DNA of 32,000 nt from Okeania sp. Its GTDB lineage: Bacteria; Cyanobacteriota; Cyanobacteriia; Cyanobacteriales; Microcoleaceae. Position numbers and translations under genes: made by a program. Within the stretch, counting starts at the first letter, position 1. Each line of letters begins with the position of its first letter. The notes beneath the pieces were generated by a model that was not told where the DNA came from, made no database searches, and saw nothing but the letters and a program-made list of their open reading frames with translations. This document shows, in pieces, positions 9,001 to 14,579 of this stretch. Location of the stretch: the NCBI RefSeq assembly GCF_035285525.1, contig NZ_JAYKGW010000092.1, positions 9,009 through 41,008 on the forward strand, written 5' to 3'.

Positions 9001-10955
9001 AGGTGGAATTAGAAGAAAAAGCTGATATTGAAGCTATTTTCAATTCTGCTCTTCAGGAGATAGGAATAGATTCTGTCGATCCCACAACTGTGAGCAATGT
9101 TGCTACTTTAGTAAGTGCTTTTAATGATTTCATGGAGGATTTATTAGAGATTGAACAGGAAGATGATGATGACGAGGATGAGGACGAGGGAAATAAACCA
9201 AAATCTGTAAATGATATCATACCAACCATCACTCCTTTCAAAAATTTATTGTTAGGAGATTTACCAGAATTGACGGAACGATTAACTCGCGGTGAGTTAA
9301 CTTTAGAGGAAGTTTATGAGAGTTTAGATTCTAAATTAAACCAGACTGGTTATCAGTTGCGAGTAGTAGAAGAAGTCGAGGGAGAAGATGGGGAAATTGA
9401 GATTGAAGTTGAGTTTATCATCGAAGAGATTACCCAAGGTGCAACAGGAAAAATTGCTAATATTCAGGGAGGTACAGTTTTCTTAGATACCAACTTCAAT
9501 GAAAAATTCAATGGCAAAGACACTTCTACTGTAATAGAGAAATCCGGTAAATTCGTTCTTGATTTTGAGAATGCTACCTACGACAAAAATGGTAATAATA
9601 AGGTTGACAGCGACGAAGGTCAAATAGTAGTTATCGGTGCGGTAGATGCTCTTACTGGTGTAGCTTTAAATGTTCCTTTAGTTGCTAATGTAGCATCTCC
9701 CGATGTGGTTTCTGGTTTAACTACTCTTAAAGTCGGTTTGGAACGCTTGGGAATTACTTCTTTGGAAGCAGGCAAGATTATTAACCGCATCTTTGAATTA
9801 GCAGCAGAAGATTTAGAGAGCTTTAATCCTTATAAGGAGAAAGGAGATGATTTTGATGAGGGTATTGATGGTGTAAGAGCAGATATTTTGATTAAGAGTC
9901 TGTTGGTTCACGGCGATACTTTATTGAAGAATGCTGGTTTTAGCGGTAATTCTTTTGATGTTGTTCTTGAGGGTATTGCACAGAAACTCAATTCTGTTGG
10001 TAATAATTTCCGCTTGAATAATACTAATCGCATCCGACAGGTTTTTGAGGAGATTTTGACCGTTGCTGAGGTAACTGTGGAGCCAGAAGTTGTAGAAACT
10101 GTGGCTGAGTTAATTAATTCCTTTAATAATTCAATAGGGAATATCTTGGAGGAGAAAAAAGACCGACAGGAGTCCGTTGTGAATCGTTCTCTCGGTCAAA
10201 TTGCACCTCTACAAGAGATGCTGTTGGCAGAGTTGCCTAAAGTTACTCGTCGTTTAACCCGTGGAAATATGACTGTAGAACAGGCGTTTGAATCTGTTGA
10301 GTCTCAGTTGAGCGAACGCGGTTTCGATTTCATAGTCAAGAATAATGGTAAGACCGAGATAGACTTTACCAACCAAGAATTGAAAGGTAATGCAGAAGAC
10401 GATACTATCAACGGTAGTGGTGGTGACGATACTATCATCGGCGGTTTCGGTAACGATATGTTGCGTTCCCTTGGTGGCCAAGATGTTCTGGAAGGCCGTC
10501 CAGAAAACGACCATTTGTTAGGTGGTTCTGGGGACGATGTCCTTAATGGGGGTATCGGCCGCGATCGCCTGAATGGTGGTCTGGGTAAAGATACTATGAC
10601 TGGTGGGGCAAGTATTGATCGCTTTATCTTCGCGATAAATGGAGAGTTTGATGATGAGTTGATGGGTAGTGATCGGATTACTGACTTTAATCCTGGTCAG
10701 GATATTATCTTGTTGGATAAAGATACGTTTACTGAGTTGGAGAGCAATTCGGGAACAGGTTTCAGCGTACAAACTGAGTTTGCATCTGTTACTGAGGGAG
10801 TGAGAACTTCTGAGGCGTTAATTGTTTATAACAGTAATAATGGCAGGTTGTTCTACAACCAGAACGGTAGTGAACCTGGCTTTGGTGAAGGTGGTGAATT
10901 TGCTGTGTTAGCAGGCAAACCCGATATTAGTGCTGAGGATTTCTTTGTGAGGTAA
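3..10955 (+). CDS. Giant secreted multi-repeat exoprotein/adhesin-like protein, 5'-truncated by the window edge (Calx-beta-like modules, FG-GAP/VCBS repeats, RTX calcium-binding repeats; probable type I secretion substrate)
   Basis: The frame of the listed ORF 435..10955 stays open back to nt 3 (DAGQTSTNIGIEAIDNQIAQGDKTVTVAIERSNP...). The TTG at 435 is therefore only an ORF-caller artefact, and the gene starts upstream of the window. Recurrent module-end motifs are I.D.D.PG/I.D.D (nt ~121-158, 1309-1350, 3361-3399, 4428-4470, 4789-4830, 5431-5472, 5996-6035). Recurrent F..NWN.PQ.V.V.G.DD...DGN..Y.L motifs occur at ~1159-1257, 3573-3672, 4625-4725 and 5838-5950. The stop is TAA at 10953-10955. 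Confidence 0.9.
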   Translation, partial: DAGQTSTNIGIEAIDNQIAQGDKTVTVAIERSNPASQATLNIKDDEKAGIEFAQLSKTATIEVPAIKLEVTTAYNSSTGAIGLKIAQGAQSYTFAADTTITFTNGVEIIIPAGTTLSNNAATVTVAQNLGSIPIAETSTTENRLLDVGILSYNEDSNGNVTANVQVRLTQRPAGNISVTLTDANGSDSAIFNFTNTNWNKYQQTNASNFLQLTSANNAVALTAKVGNANTINLPLSANVVATPLGNINTGTGNQLITTEGERIEFTATKAYDANAGTVEIELFNRSSDYTLTADQVIVFNNGTQARVTTDTALKLGQAKAVPVTLTQGTAIPVNQEGSVVLPSGETTVAVRLSSQPTSGNVGLDLTIDNSREGKFKSNNTQAETLTFTQQNWNQYQEVTVKGEDDLLVDGNITYNLNVKGQNGNADSNYKGTLLQSISITNEDNDRTPDPTQTTNNFNQPPIIADLTADKTQIDENGGKVIATFKLNKPAPVGGLNIEYEVISETASTSQDLQTPFVFVENNPLSMADRIPPANLASTNGDYLPSIVPVFVDWDQDGDLDVFGGEYAFFKPAYTEGITYYENTGDKNNPVFVQRTGAQNPLSSIVNIDAPAPAFIDIGNDGDLDVFIGDVDGQIHYFENTASGFVKRTGANNPFNSINGGDPARRFPLTPTFVDIDADKDLDFFAVYRDGIARDTVVFFENNGGNFVQRTGADNPLNGKGSIDGAVKFGDLDNDGDFDAVFDGVYGTVYYRNIGNAINPVFEISEQLSPFRGLGLNIFGRLDLVDIDNDNQLELFVGYRNVAFYEQLSYQNPLTVNIPEGKSQATVEIRAMDDAIVENKENFTVRLIDRNDESDVNETLTLEVTENYQVYTPPGSQSFSSNSVGLQIKQSSTLPKNLVTTDNRFKITNAFDSVNKKVTLDINNASGSIAIPAGETLTFKNGTVVEVSTATTVQAGSPQVVNVVLKEVPPYSIPLGTQLTFNDGSKVTVAETISISAFNSTSVQVQAQSDTALQPNTGDTTKLSRSNQLRTFVNVDVTSAYDGSTDSNLQLKLNESQLNKFTLKQGTEISFNNGQTIVTVGSDTEINPSTATAVPVTTTSATKTIAANQSTTASTPFEAQITILDNDTPGVRVTTDLASKNVVSGTFNTTEAGGEQTFYSRLESEPLEPVSVFVGSSKKEEGLLDGKEVIELQFDRTNWNIPQAFTVKGVDDLIQDGNVAYNLKTTVESRGDLNYREGAIDIDVLQGLNNGKVQLELNELNIEKAQLPQGTKLNFSNGTVATVGQTVTLDNDETNTPVDVSVTIEPNTLGFGATSSNGSWQVSEAYNHGLKQVELRNTTGNPITLTKNQTIKFNNGGELRIDADITIAENSRDLAKATLTTNPNTLPLLAVGTTNNNGNFEVTTTYNNTQKQLGLKNTTGTAKNLKTGDIISFTDGTSFIVTTDVTIAANSTSKVSGALEVSGLTTSFIKDISPDINLSNTDNDVAGLVLVNVEEIAAKEGVSNNFYKVELKTEPTDTVTVVMTPSDDQIALEGKLPGEPLTITYDATNWNVPQTIGVTAVDDFEVEFDHTTNIAFDTSNSADSVYAGLNVSNAGVKVNIIDNDLPTASVLSVAGAIEANAPGYFTINLDKPLPDKFDDTGLKINYTVSGTADTNGVSPTDDLQPIATGSARIAPGESRTPLIAFPIDDFKAEGTPLEVVGAYNGTSISLKVKNGVSLDNPATSVVENTVTLKAGTKLTFSNGAIGTVGSDVTFNQTGNKAVNITKAPESSKALNTIAVADTTRIASETVIVEVTAGNGYQVSSDENIATLEIEDNDIPGVRVVEASERTTVTEGEAPAQYFISLLTEPTADVTINIAPVQKTRNLTVTKDLSGGVVELKVNDPKVNSLLLPVGTVLNFGGGKTATVAADTFVGSKGNSVNVNTVSGSITTGNTTTYSYQELSSTNSLTFNSNNWYQLQPVNVTGLDDNVAEVGNTHEATLEYTITSGDSDYNNLKVPAQIIDIKDRPFDPNTTASSLTQGLLTFQESLDTLSLPLIGTLEGTAPPFIRNVITDVVAEVRAMEFVTGEKLAKAFTNSFNNNINNGGAVTVEITDLSSSNISFKVNATDKFNNTPISLASDLGLPALGIGMETNGNLNANFDYNFDFAFGLNDTDGFYIDTANTNLNANAAVKLSDNFNAKGSLGFLQLDMTNGINVAQGDTKGTEVNATFDIGLKDANNKLTVTELKNLRKQGKLSSILDYGFAGDAALDVDVVTSVKGSTALPSYSFNLFSDLPLFNYTNAAQQPPQPTTVSIAGSTNVSIEEKTAKSINISIADNGNNKPNENIRLPKGTQLVFTWGNNNQETAIIDKTVTIAEGSIGAALVKLKSDNVKDNNKTVTINSNASAKLEAGAFNIAFNNMTLDFGSFVTGVVSPVVDFLANVVEPITPVVNALNEPIGFFNDVGLTSEFDQNGDGQANIIEVAGTIIEKLPSRGGKAKIDYIQFFDAIVGVTELVGAVKDLQSSLGAGNNFAIDFGSYTLQNFQGASPTTSAADVNPQTQGSSQLNSNTRNQSQNKGLGKQSLSQKVDKMFGALDKLGISIPVLEDPFTAINLFLGNDIDLITYDMPALDIQYEINNKFTILNLPPVDGLIQGEFSVFSDLVFGLDTVGFSAWEKTGFDPAQSYLVLDGLYLSDVDPNTGVDVDELSVDATMAIGAKLNAVVASATVLGGITGEVGLDVVDIGEYTGQSDGKIRGSEVFSRISNPLSLFELAGSIEAFFRAIVKVGVDLGFFEITKTVYDKELARVPIFEFALGGAPGGGGSTGGGSGSNAGTAASGYIEGGTVFLDTNFNLAPDPLEPKTTTDELGNYNLEFELALFDANENGKIDDDEGQIVVVGGTDVTTGLPLAISLVGNATTGSVVTPITTIKNGLEQLGLDVKTANKILSKTLGLDSDLDDFDAYEAQGEDLTVGVNTALSHILLHSLTINGAAFLKGAGFDGNAAESAKILTDAIVKKLSTEDEVELEEKADIEAIFNSALQEIGIDSVDPTTVSNVATLVSAFNDFMEDLLEIEQEDDDDEDEDEGNKPKSVNDIIPTITPFKNLLLGDLPELTERLTRGELTLEEVYESLDSKLNQTGYQLRVVEEVEGEDGEIEIEVEFIIEEITQGATGKIANIQGGTVFLDTNFNEKFNGKDTSTVIEKSGKFVLDFENATYDKNGNNKVDSDEGQIVVIGAVDALTGVALNVPLVANVASPDVVSGLTTLKVGLERLGITSLEAGKIINRIFELAAEDLESFNPYKEKGDDFDEGIDGVRADILIKSLLVHGDTLLKNAGFSGNSFDVVLEGIAQKLNSVGNNFRLNNTNRIRQVFEEILTVAEVTVEPEVVETVAELINSFNNSIGNILEEKKDRQESVVNRSLGQIAPLQEMLLAELPKVTRRLTRGNMTVEQAFESVESQLSERGFDFIVKNNGKTEIDFTNQELKGNAEDDTINGSGGDDTIIGGFGNDMLRSLGGQDVLEGRPENDHLLGGSGDDVLNGGIGRDRLNGGLGKDTMTGGASIDRFIFAINGEFDDELMGSDRITDFNPGQDIILLDKDTFTELESNSGTGFSVQTEFASVTEGVRTSEALIVYNSNNGRLFYNQNGSEPGFGEGGEFAVLAGKPDISAEDFFVR
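1630..2420 (+). other. FG-GAP/VCBS-type beta-propeller repeat block (5 recognisable blades) inside the giant ORF
   Basis: Five Ca-binding-like loops: DWDQDGDLDVFGG, IDIGNDGDLDVFIGDVDGQIHYFENT, VDIDADKDLDFFAV...VVFFENNG, GDLDNDGDFDAVFDGVYGTVYYRNIG, VDIDNDNQLELFVGYRNVAFYEQ. They are separated by F(V/E).RTGA.NP(L/F) linkers, the classical FG-GAP/VCBS pattern. Confidence 0.8.
8448..10385 (+). repeat. Two tandem ~310-336-aa homologous protein modules in the giant ORF (8448..9455 and 9456..10385)
   Basis: Both modules start with (Y/N)I(E/Q)GGTVFLDTNFN...DEGQIVV(V/I)G..D..TG. Both contain L(E/K).GLE(Q/R)LG(L/I), FLK/LLKNAGF.GN and LP(E/K)(L/V)T(E/R)RLTRG..T(L/V)E(E/Q).(Y/F)ES(L/V)(D/E)S(K/Q)L. By eye the amino-acid identity is roughly one third. 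Module 1 carries the acidic tract EQEDDDDEDEDEG (nt ~9157-9195). Confidence 0.8.
10386..10635 (+). other. RTX / hemolysin-type calcium-binding nonapeptide repeat block
   Basis: GNAEDDTINGSGGDDTIIGGFGNDMLRSLGGQDVLEGRPENDHLLGGSGDDVLNGGIGRDRLNGGLGKDTMTGGASIDRFIF gives about 6-7 GGxGxDxxx units. It is followed by the typical DF.PGQD.I.L.K..F and ...G.LFYNQNG...FAVL.GKPDISAEDFFV tail. Confidence 0.85.
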
Positions 10956-11060
10956 TTTACAGCGGTTTTTATTTCAGTAGATGAGAGTAGGGGCGAAATG
11001 GCATTCCTCCTTACTAAACCGTTTCATATCATGTCCGGTTAAGTAATTACTGCAATAGCT

Positions 11061-11090
11061 GTAGGTTGGGTTGAGGGACGAAACCCAACA
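11061..11090. repeat. Dispersed hairpin repeat GTAGGTTGGGT..AGGGACGAAACCCAACA (same family as 22076..22153, opposite orientation)
   Basis: gtaggttgggttgagggacgaaacccaaca. The reverse complement of 22122..22153 (gtgtaggttgggtagagggacgaaacccaaca) matches it almost base for base. The stem is GTTGGGT/ACCCAAC. Confidence 0.8.
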
Positions 11091-11100
11091 ATAATTTTTC

Positions 11101-11178
11101 TCCCCTACTCCCCTACTCCCCTACTTCCCTACTTCCCTACTTCCCTACTCCTACTCCCCTACTCCCCTACTTCCCTAC
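11101..11178. repeat. Octanucleotide tandem repeat (TCCCCTAC/TTCCCTAC) x ~10
   Basis: Units read directly: 3x tcccctac, 3x ttccctac, 1x tcctac (6 nt), 2x tcccctac, 1x ttccctac. The last 12 nt overlap the stop codon (11167-11169) and the final three codons of the minus-strand CDS. Confidence 0.95.
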
Positions 11179-11970
11179 ATCAATAACTCTTAAACGATAG
11201 GTACTAATAGAAATACCACCTTTTCGCATTAAAACTGCTGACAACCACTTATCTTCAGAATTTTCTGGAGCTTCACCAATTTTAAAAAGTCCGCCAGAAG
11301 ACAATAATTCTAAAGTAAAATCAGTCGGTTCAAAATTATAAGAATTTTCATTAATTGGTTCTACCAAAGCAGCCCCTAAAATAATTTCTTCACCCAAAGG
11401 TTCTTGAACAACCGCATCAAAATTATACTTTTCACCTGGTTTTACTTCTGCTGGTAAATTAATATTAACATTAGGTGGTTTTTCACCTGTTGTGATTTGA
11501 TTTTCCTCGGCTAAAATTTCTTGTTCAACAATTTTTCCATTTTCATAACGCTGCTTAGAAGTAATAGTAGACTTTAGAGTAAAGTCTCTATTTTTAATTT
11601 TTTGCACACCAGTAATATAGGTAATAGTTTCTGCCACAATAGTATTACCATCATTTTCCCAAGATTGAACTTTTGTCTGATATTTAACTGACTTATATAG
11701 TCGCCAAAAATTAGCTAAAGCTTTAGCTAAACTTTCCCGATTTAAACCATCAGAATTGGTAAAATCATTACTATAAAAATTTATGACATTTTCTAAGTTT
11801 TGACCACTGGCAGCTCGATCAATTTCTTGCAATAATTCTGTAAGTTTTTTAGGTGCTTGTTCTGGAGTTTTAGCTAATGTCAAATTAGAGGAAAAAACTA
11901 CCCCGACAAAAACTGTTAAACTAAGTAATAATGAACTAGATAATGTTGTTGAGAATTGTTTAAACTTCAT
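11167..11970 (-). CDS. Secreted hypothetical protein, possibly with an NTF2-like (SnoaL-like) N-terminal domain
   Basis: ORF 11167..12018. I prefer the internal ATG at 11970-11968 (MKFKQFSTTLSSSLLLSLTVFVGVVFSSNLTLA|KTPEQ), which gives a canonical signal peptide. The NTF2-like call is a recollection of similar cyanobacterial proteins (IDRAA...L..V..FYS.DF...DGL) and is weak. Confidence 0.6.
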   Translation of the reverse strand: MKFKQFSTTLSSSLLLSLTVFVGVVFSSNLTLAKTPEQAPKKLTELLQEIDRAASGQNLENVINFYSNDFTNSDGLNRESLAKALANFWRLYKSVKYQTKVQSWENDGNTIVAETITYITGVQKIKNRDFTLKSTITSKQRYENGKIVEQEILAEENQITTGEKPPNVNINLPAEVKPGEKYNFDAVVQEPLGEEIILGAALVEPINENSYNFEPTDFTLELLSSGGLFKIGEAPENSEDKWLSAVLMRKGGISISTYRLRVIDVGK

Positions 11971-12623
11971 CGAAAATTTGCTTTGCATTTGAAAAATATT
12001 CATTTGTAATTTATACATGATATCAAATCCGCTGGCTTTGGAGAATAAGATTTACTATCAGAAAAAAGCAAAAACTCCTAATTTTTAGAGGGTAAGGTTC
12101 CCGAAAAATTGGAGACCAAACCCCTACGATATTAAATTATACCTATGCTATCGGATTTGATATGATTTATACAGAAACTGGGTTGATGAACTAACAATTT
12201 ACCAAAGAATTAATAATTAAATAATTCGCGCCTTGAAGGCTCCCCTTGAAAAGGGAAAAAAAATTTATTTTTTCCTTTTATTCAATCCTATCTGTTTTAA
12301 AGAGAGGTAATTATCAATTATCCATTATTGAAAATATTAACCTAAGCATTTCCTGGGGAATGCTTTCCCATTCAGCAATGATACCCTGTTCTTAAGCACA
12401 GGGTTTAAATGAATATTGACTTTAGAGCTGGCTTTTGTAGTAATATTTTTCTATCTTAATTAAATATTTTTGGCAAATGATAAAAGCACTCTTCTGATAG
12501 CTGAATGCTTACATATTAACTATTAAATTACGACAATAAATCCAGTTTCTTCCTTGGAGTACATAAGTTCTATTATATAAAGTTGTTAGCTGAAAATTGA
12601 CTGGTTGTGAAAAGTCAGTTCTA

Positions 12624-12739
12624 TGGCCATAAGTTAAATTTTGCTCCATGTTACTACTGGATTAACACTGAAAAAGCTGATAACTGTTAAGTGGCCATAA
12701 GTTAAATTTTGCCCCATGTTACTACTGAATTGACACTGA
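12624..12739. repeat. Tandem 68-bp-period duplication (two 48-bp cores, 12624..12671 and 12692..12739) in the murG upstream region
   Basis: tggccataagttaaattttgcTccatgttactactgGattAacactga versus tggccataagttaaattttgcCccatgttactactgAattGacactga: 45/48 identical by eye. Confidence 0.9.
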
Positions 12740-12784
12740 TCAGCAATAACGGTTAACTGAAAAAGCTGATAACTGATAACTGAA

Positions 12785-13849
12785 ATGACTAATAAAAAAA
12801 TTAAATTGTTAATCGCAGCAAGTGGAACTGGTGGACATTTATTTCCAGCGATCGCCACTGCTAATCAATTAAAGGATTATCACATCGAATGGTTAGGAGT
12901 TCCTGACCGTCTAGAAACTAAGTTAGTTCCATCCCAATACCCTCTCCATACTATATCAGTTGAAGGATTTCAACAGAAATTGGGTTTAGGAACTTTCAAG
13001 ATTTTAATTCGACTTATTCGCTCTATCTTGCGGGTAAGAGGGATATTGAAGCGGGGAAAATTTCAAGGGTTATTTACCACAGGGGGTTACATTGCTGCTC
13101 CAGCAGTTATTGCAGCTCGGACTCTAGGTTTACCAGTTATTCTCCATGAATCTAATGTTTTACCAGGAAAAGTGACACGCTGGTTTAGTCGTTTCTGCAG
13201 TGTCGTAGCAGTAGGGTTTGAGGAAGCAACAAAATATCTTCCTACTAAGAAAACTGTGTATGTGGGTACTCCTGTCAGAGGAGAATTTTTATCTAGGAAG
13301 CCTTTAGACTTACCTATTCCAGAAAATGTTCCCGTCATTGTAGTTGTTGGAGGTTCTCAAGGAGCAGTGGCAATTAATCAATTAGTCAGAGAATGTGTTC
13401 TAGCATGGGTAGAAACTGGAGCTTGGATTATTCATCAAACAGGGGAAAATGATCCTAATGCTTTTAGTGTGGAGCATCCCCAATATTTTCCTATGGTATT
13501 TTATCAAAATGTAGCTGGTTTATTTCAGCGGGCTAATTTAGTAATTAGTCGTGCTGGAGCCGGTAGTTTAACAGAATTAGCAGTTACTCATACACCATCA
13601 ATTTTAATTCCTTATCCTTATGCTGCGGATAATCATCAAACTTATAATGCTAAGGTTTTTTCTAATCAGAATGCTGCCCTAGTTTTTAATCAAGCAGAAT
13701 TAACTGCAGAAAAGCTTAAGACTGAAGTTTTAGAGTTATTAAAATCACCAGAAAAGTTAAAAGAAATGACTGTAGGAGCAGCAAATTTAGCAGTAGAAGA
13801 TAGTGCTAAAAAATTAGCTAATTTAATTCATAAATTTTTGCATAATTAA
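12785..13849 (+). CDS. murG: UDP-N-acetylglucosamine--N-acetylmuramyl-(pentapeptide) pyrophosphoryl-undecaprenol N-acetylglucosamine transferase (MurG)
   Basis: 354 aa. N-terminal glycine-rich loop LLIAASGTGGHLFPAIA, GGY(I)AAP, HESN..PG..TR, GGSQGA, and C-terminal SRAGAGSLTELA. This is the typical MurG/GT28 signature and length. Confidence 0.92.
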   Translation: MTNKKIKLLIAASGTGGHLFPAIATANQLKDYHIEWLGVPDRLETKLVPSQYPLHTISVEGFQQKLGLGTFKILIRLIRSILRVRGILKRGKFQGLFTTGGYIAAPAVIAARTLGLPVILHESNVLPGKVTRWFSRFCSVVAVGFEEATKYLPTKKTVYVGTPVRGEFLSRKPLDLPIPENVPVIVVVGGSQGAVAINQLVRECVLAWVETGAWIIHQTGENDPNAFSVEHPQYFPMVFYQNVAGLFQRANLVISRAGAGSLTELAVTHTPSILIPYPYAADNHQTYNAKVFSNQNAALVFNQAELTAEKLKTEVLELLKSPEKLKEMTVGAANLAVEDSAKKLANLIHKFLHN

Positions 13850-14126
13850 TATGTAATAATTGAGCTATTAACAATCAGTTATCAGCTTTATTATAACAAT
13901 TTATCTGGGAATTTTCTAGAGATAATAGTAGCAATAGTAGCGGAAAATGCTGTATGATAATTTTTAACACATAGAAGAAACTAGATTTGATATGATCAAA
14001 AAAAAGTCGATATTAGCAGCAAACGTATAATTGGAATTGAAAAAAAAATAAGCTGACAAACCTCCCCTTTCAAGGGGATAAAAAAATCAACTTCAATATT
14101 TCAAGCTTCTGGCTGAAGCTAGAGGT

Positions 14127-14152
14127 ACTGATAACTGATAACTGATAACTGA
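14127..14152. repeat. STRR-like heptanucleotide tandem repeat (ACTGATA)n
   Basis: actgataactgataactgataactga. The same heptamer occurs at 12765..12783, directly abutting the murG ATG, and inverted at 16977..16994. Other period-7 tracts: 24435..24455 and 31815..31835 (GGCATAA type), 24045..24060 and 24129..24152 (GGGAACA type), 26610..26633, 26753..26777, 26929..26954 and 27148..27183 (AGCTGAC/AGCTAAT type). Confidence 0.9.
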
Positions 14153-14163
14153 AAAGGTGGGAT

Positions 14164-14424
14164 ATGGCAGTTTTACAACAATCTCCTTGGTATCAACAAA
14201 TCTGACAAGAAGGAATTTTAATTGGTGAGCAACGAGGTGAACAAAGAAGAATACTTTCTGGAATAGAAATAGGATTAGAATTTAAATTTGGGGAATTAGG
14301 AAAACAGATATTTTCAGAAATTAATACTATTGAAAATATTCAGGTTCTAGAAACAATTCTTAGCTCTCTTAAAACTGTAGAAACTATTGATAAATTAAGG
14401 CAAATTTATCAACCACATTCTTAA
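14164..14424 (+). pseudogene. Decayed C-terminal fragment of a DUF4351/Rpn (PD-(D/E)XK nuclease, transposase-like) family gene, with an in-frame stop
   Basis: Translation is MAVLQQSPWYQQI*QEGILIGEQRGEQRRILSGIEIGLEFKFGELGKQIFSEINTIENIQVLETILSSLKTVETIDKLRQIYQPHS*, with TGA at 14203-14205. The pattern SPWYQ.I.QEG...GEQRGEQ....L......(R/K)FGEL......I......LE.....L matches my memory of cyanobacterial DUF4351 C-termini. The N-terminal nuclease part is absent. Confidence 0.5.
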
Positions 14425-14579
14425 ATATAGATTGCATCTCAATGCCTGAATAAAGGCAAAAAATTATCACTTTTAGGGAACAGGAAATAGAGAATAGGTA
14501 TGAAGCAAAAAAGTATTTTTGCAAATATTTAAGATGTACCCTAAATATAGCAATACTAAATAAGTTGTAAAATTTATCC

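Noticed and set aside
455-10772. About 20 antisense or alternative-frame ORFs of 60-139 aa inside the giant gene (e.g. 455..808 -, 3851..4213 -, 5396..5806 -, 5996..6415 -, 7025..7432 -, 6814..7002 +, 8314..8496 +).
   Set aside because: All are fully nested in a 10.9-kb ORF with coherent domain and repeat structure. Their translations are low-complexity (L/V/S/T/P-rich mirror images of the T/N/V/G-rich sense frame) and have no motifs. They are a compositional artefact of a long repetitive gene.
435-10955. Apparent compositional shift within the giant gene (A+C-rich codons such as ACC/AAC/CAA before ~8300, G+T-rich codons such as GGT/GAT/TTA after ~8450) as evidence of a chimeric or horizontally acquired 3' part.
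   Set aside because: Spot counts of G+C on a few 60-nt lines overlap (about 38-50% in both parts). The visible difference follows the amino-acid composition (T/N/S/Q-rich versus G/D/E/L-rich modules). It cannot be supported without a proper sliding-window and codon-usage calculation.
12634-12858. 74-aa minus-strand ORF overlapping the murG start.
   Set aside because: It runs through the 68-bp tandem duplication and heptamer tract and is antisense to the conserved murG N-terminus (GTGGH loop).
14064-14077. cccctttcaagggg hairpin (similar ccccttgaaaaggg at ~12245-12258) as the murG terminator.
   Set aside because: The stem is short (5-6 bp) and is followed by an A-run rather than a T-run on the murG strand. 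It is more likely another small dispersed palindrome.
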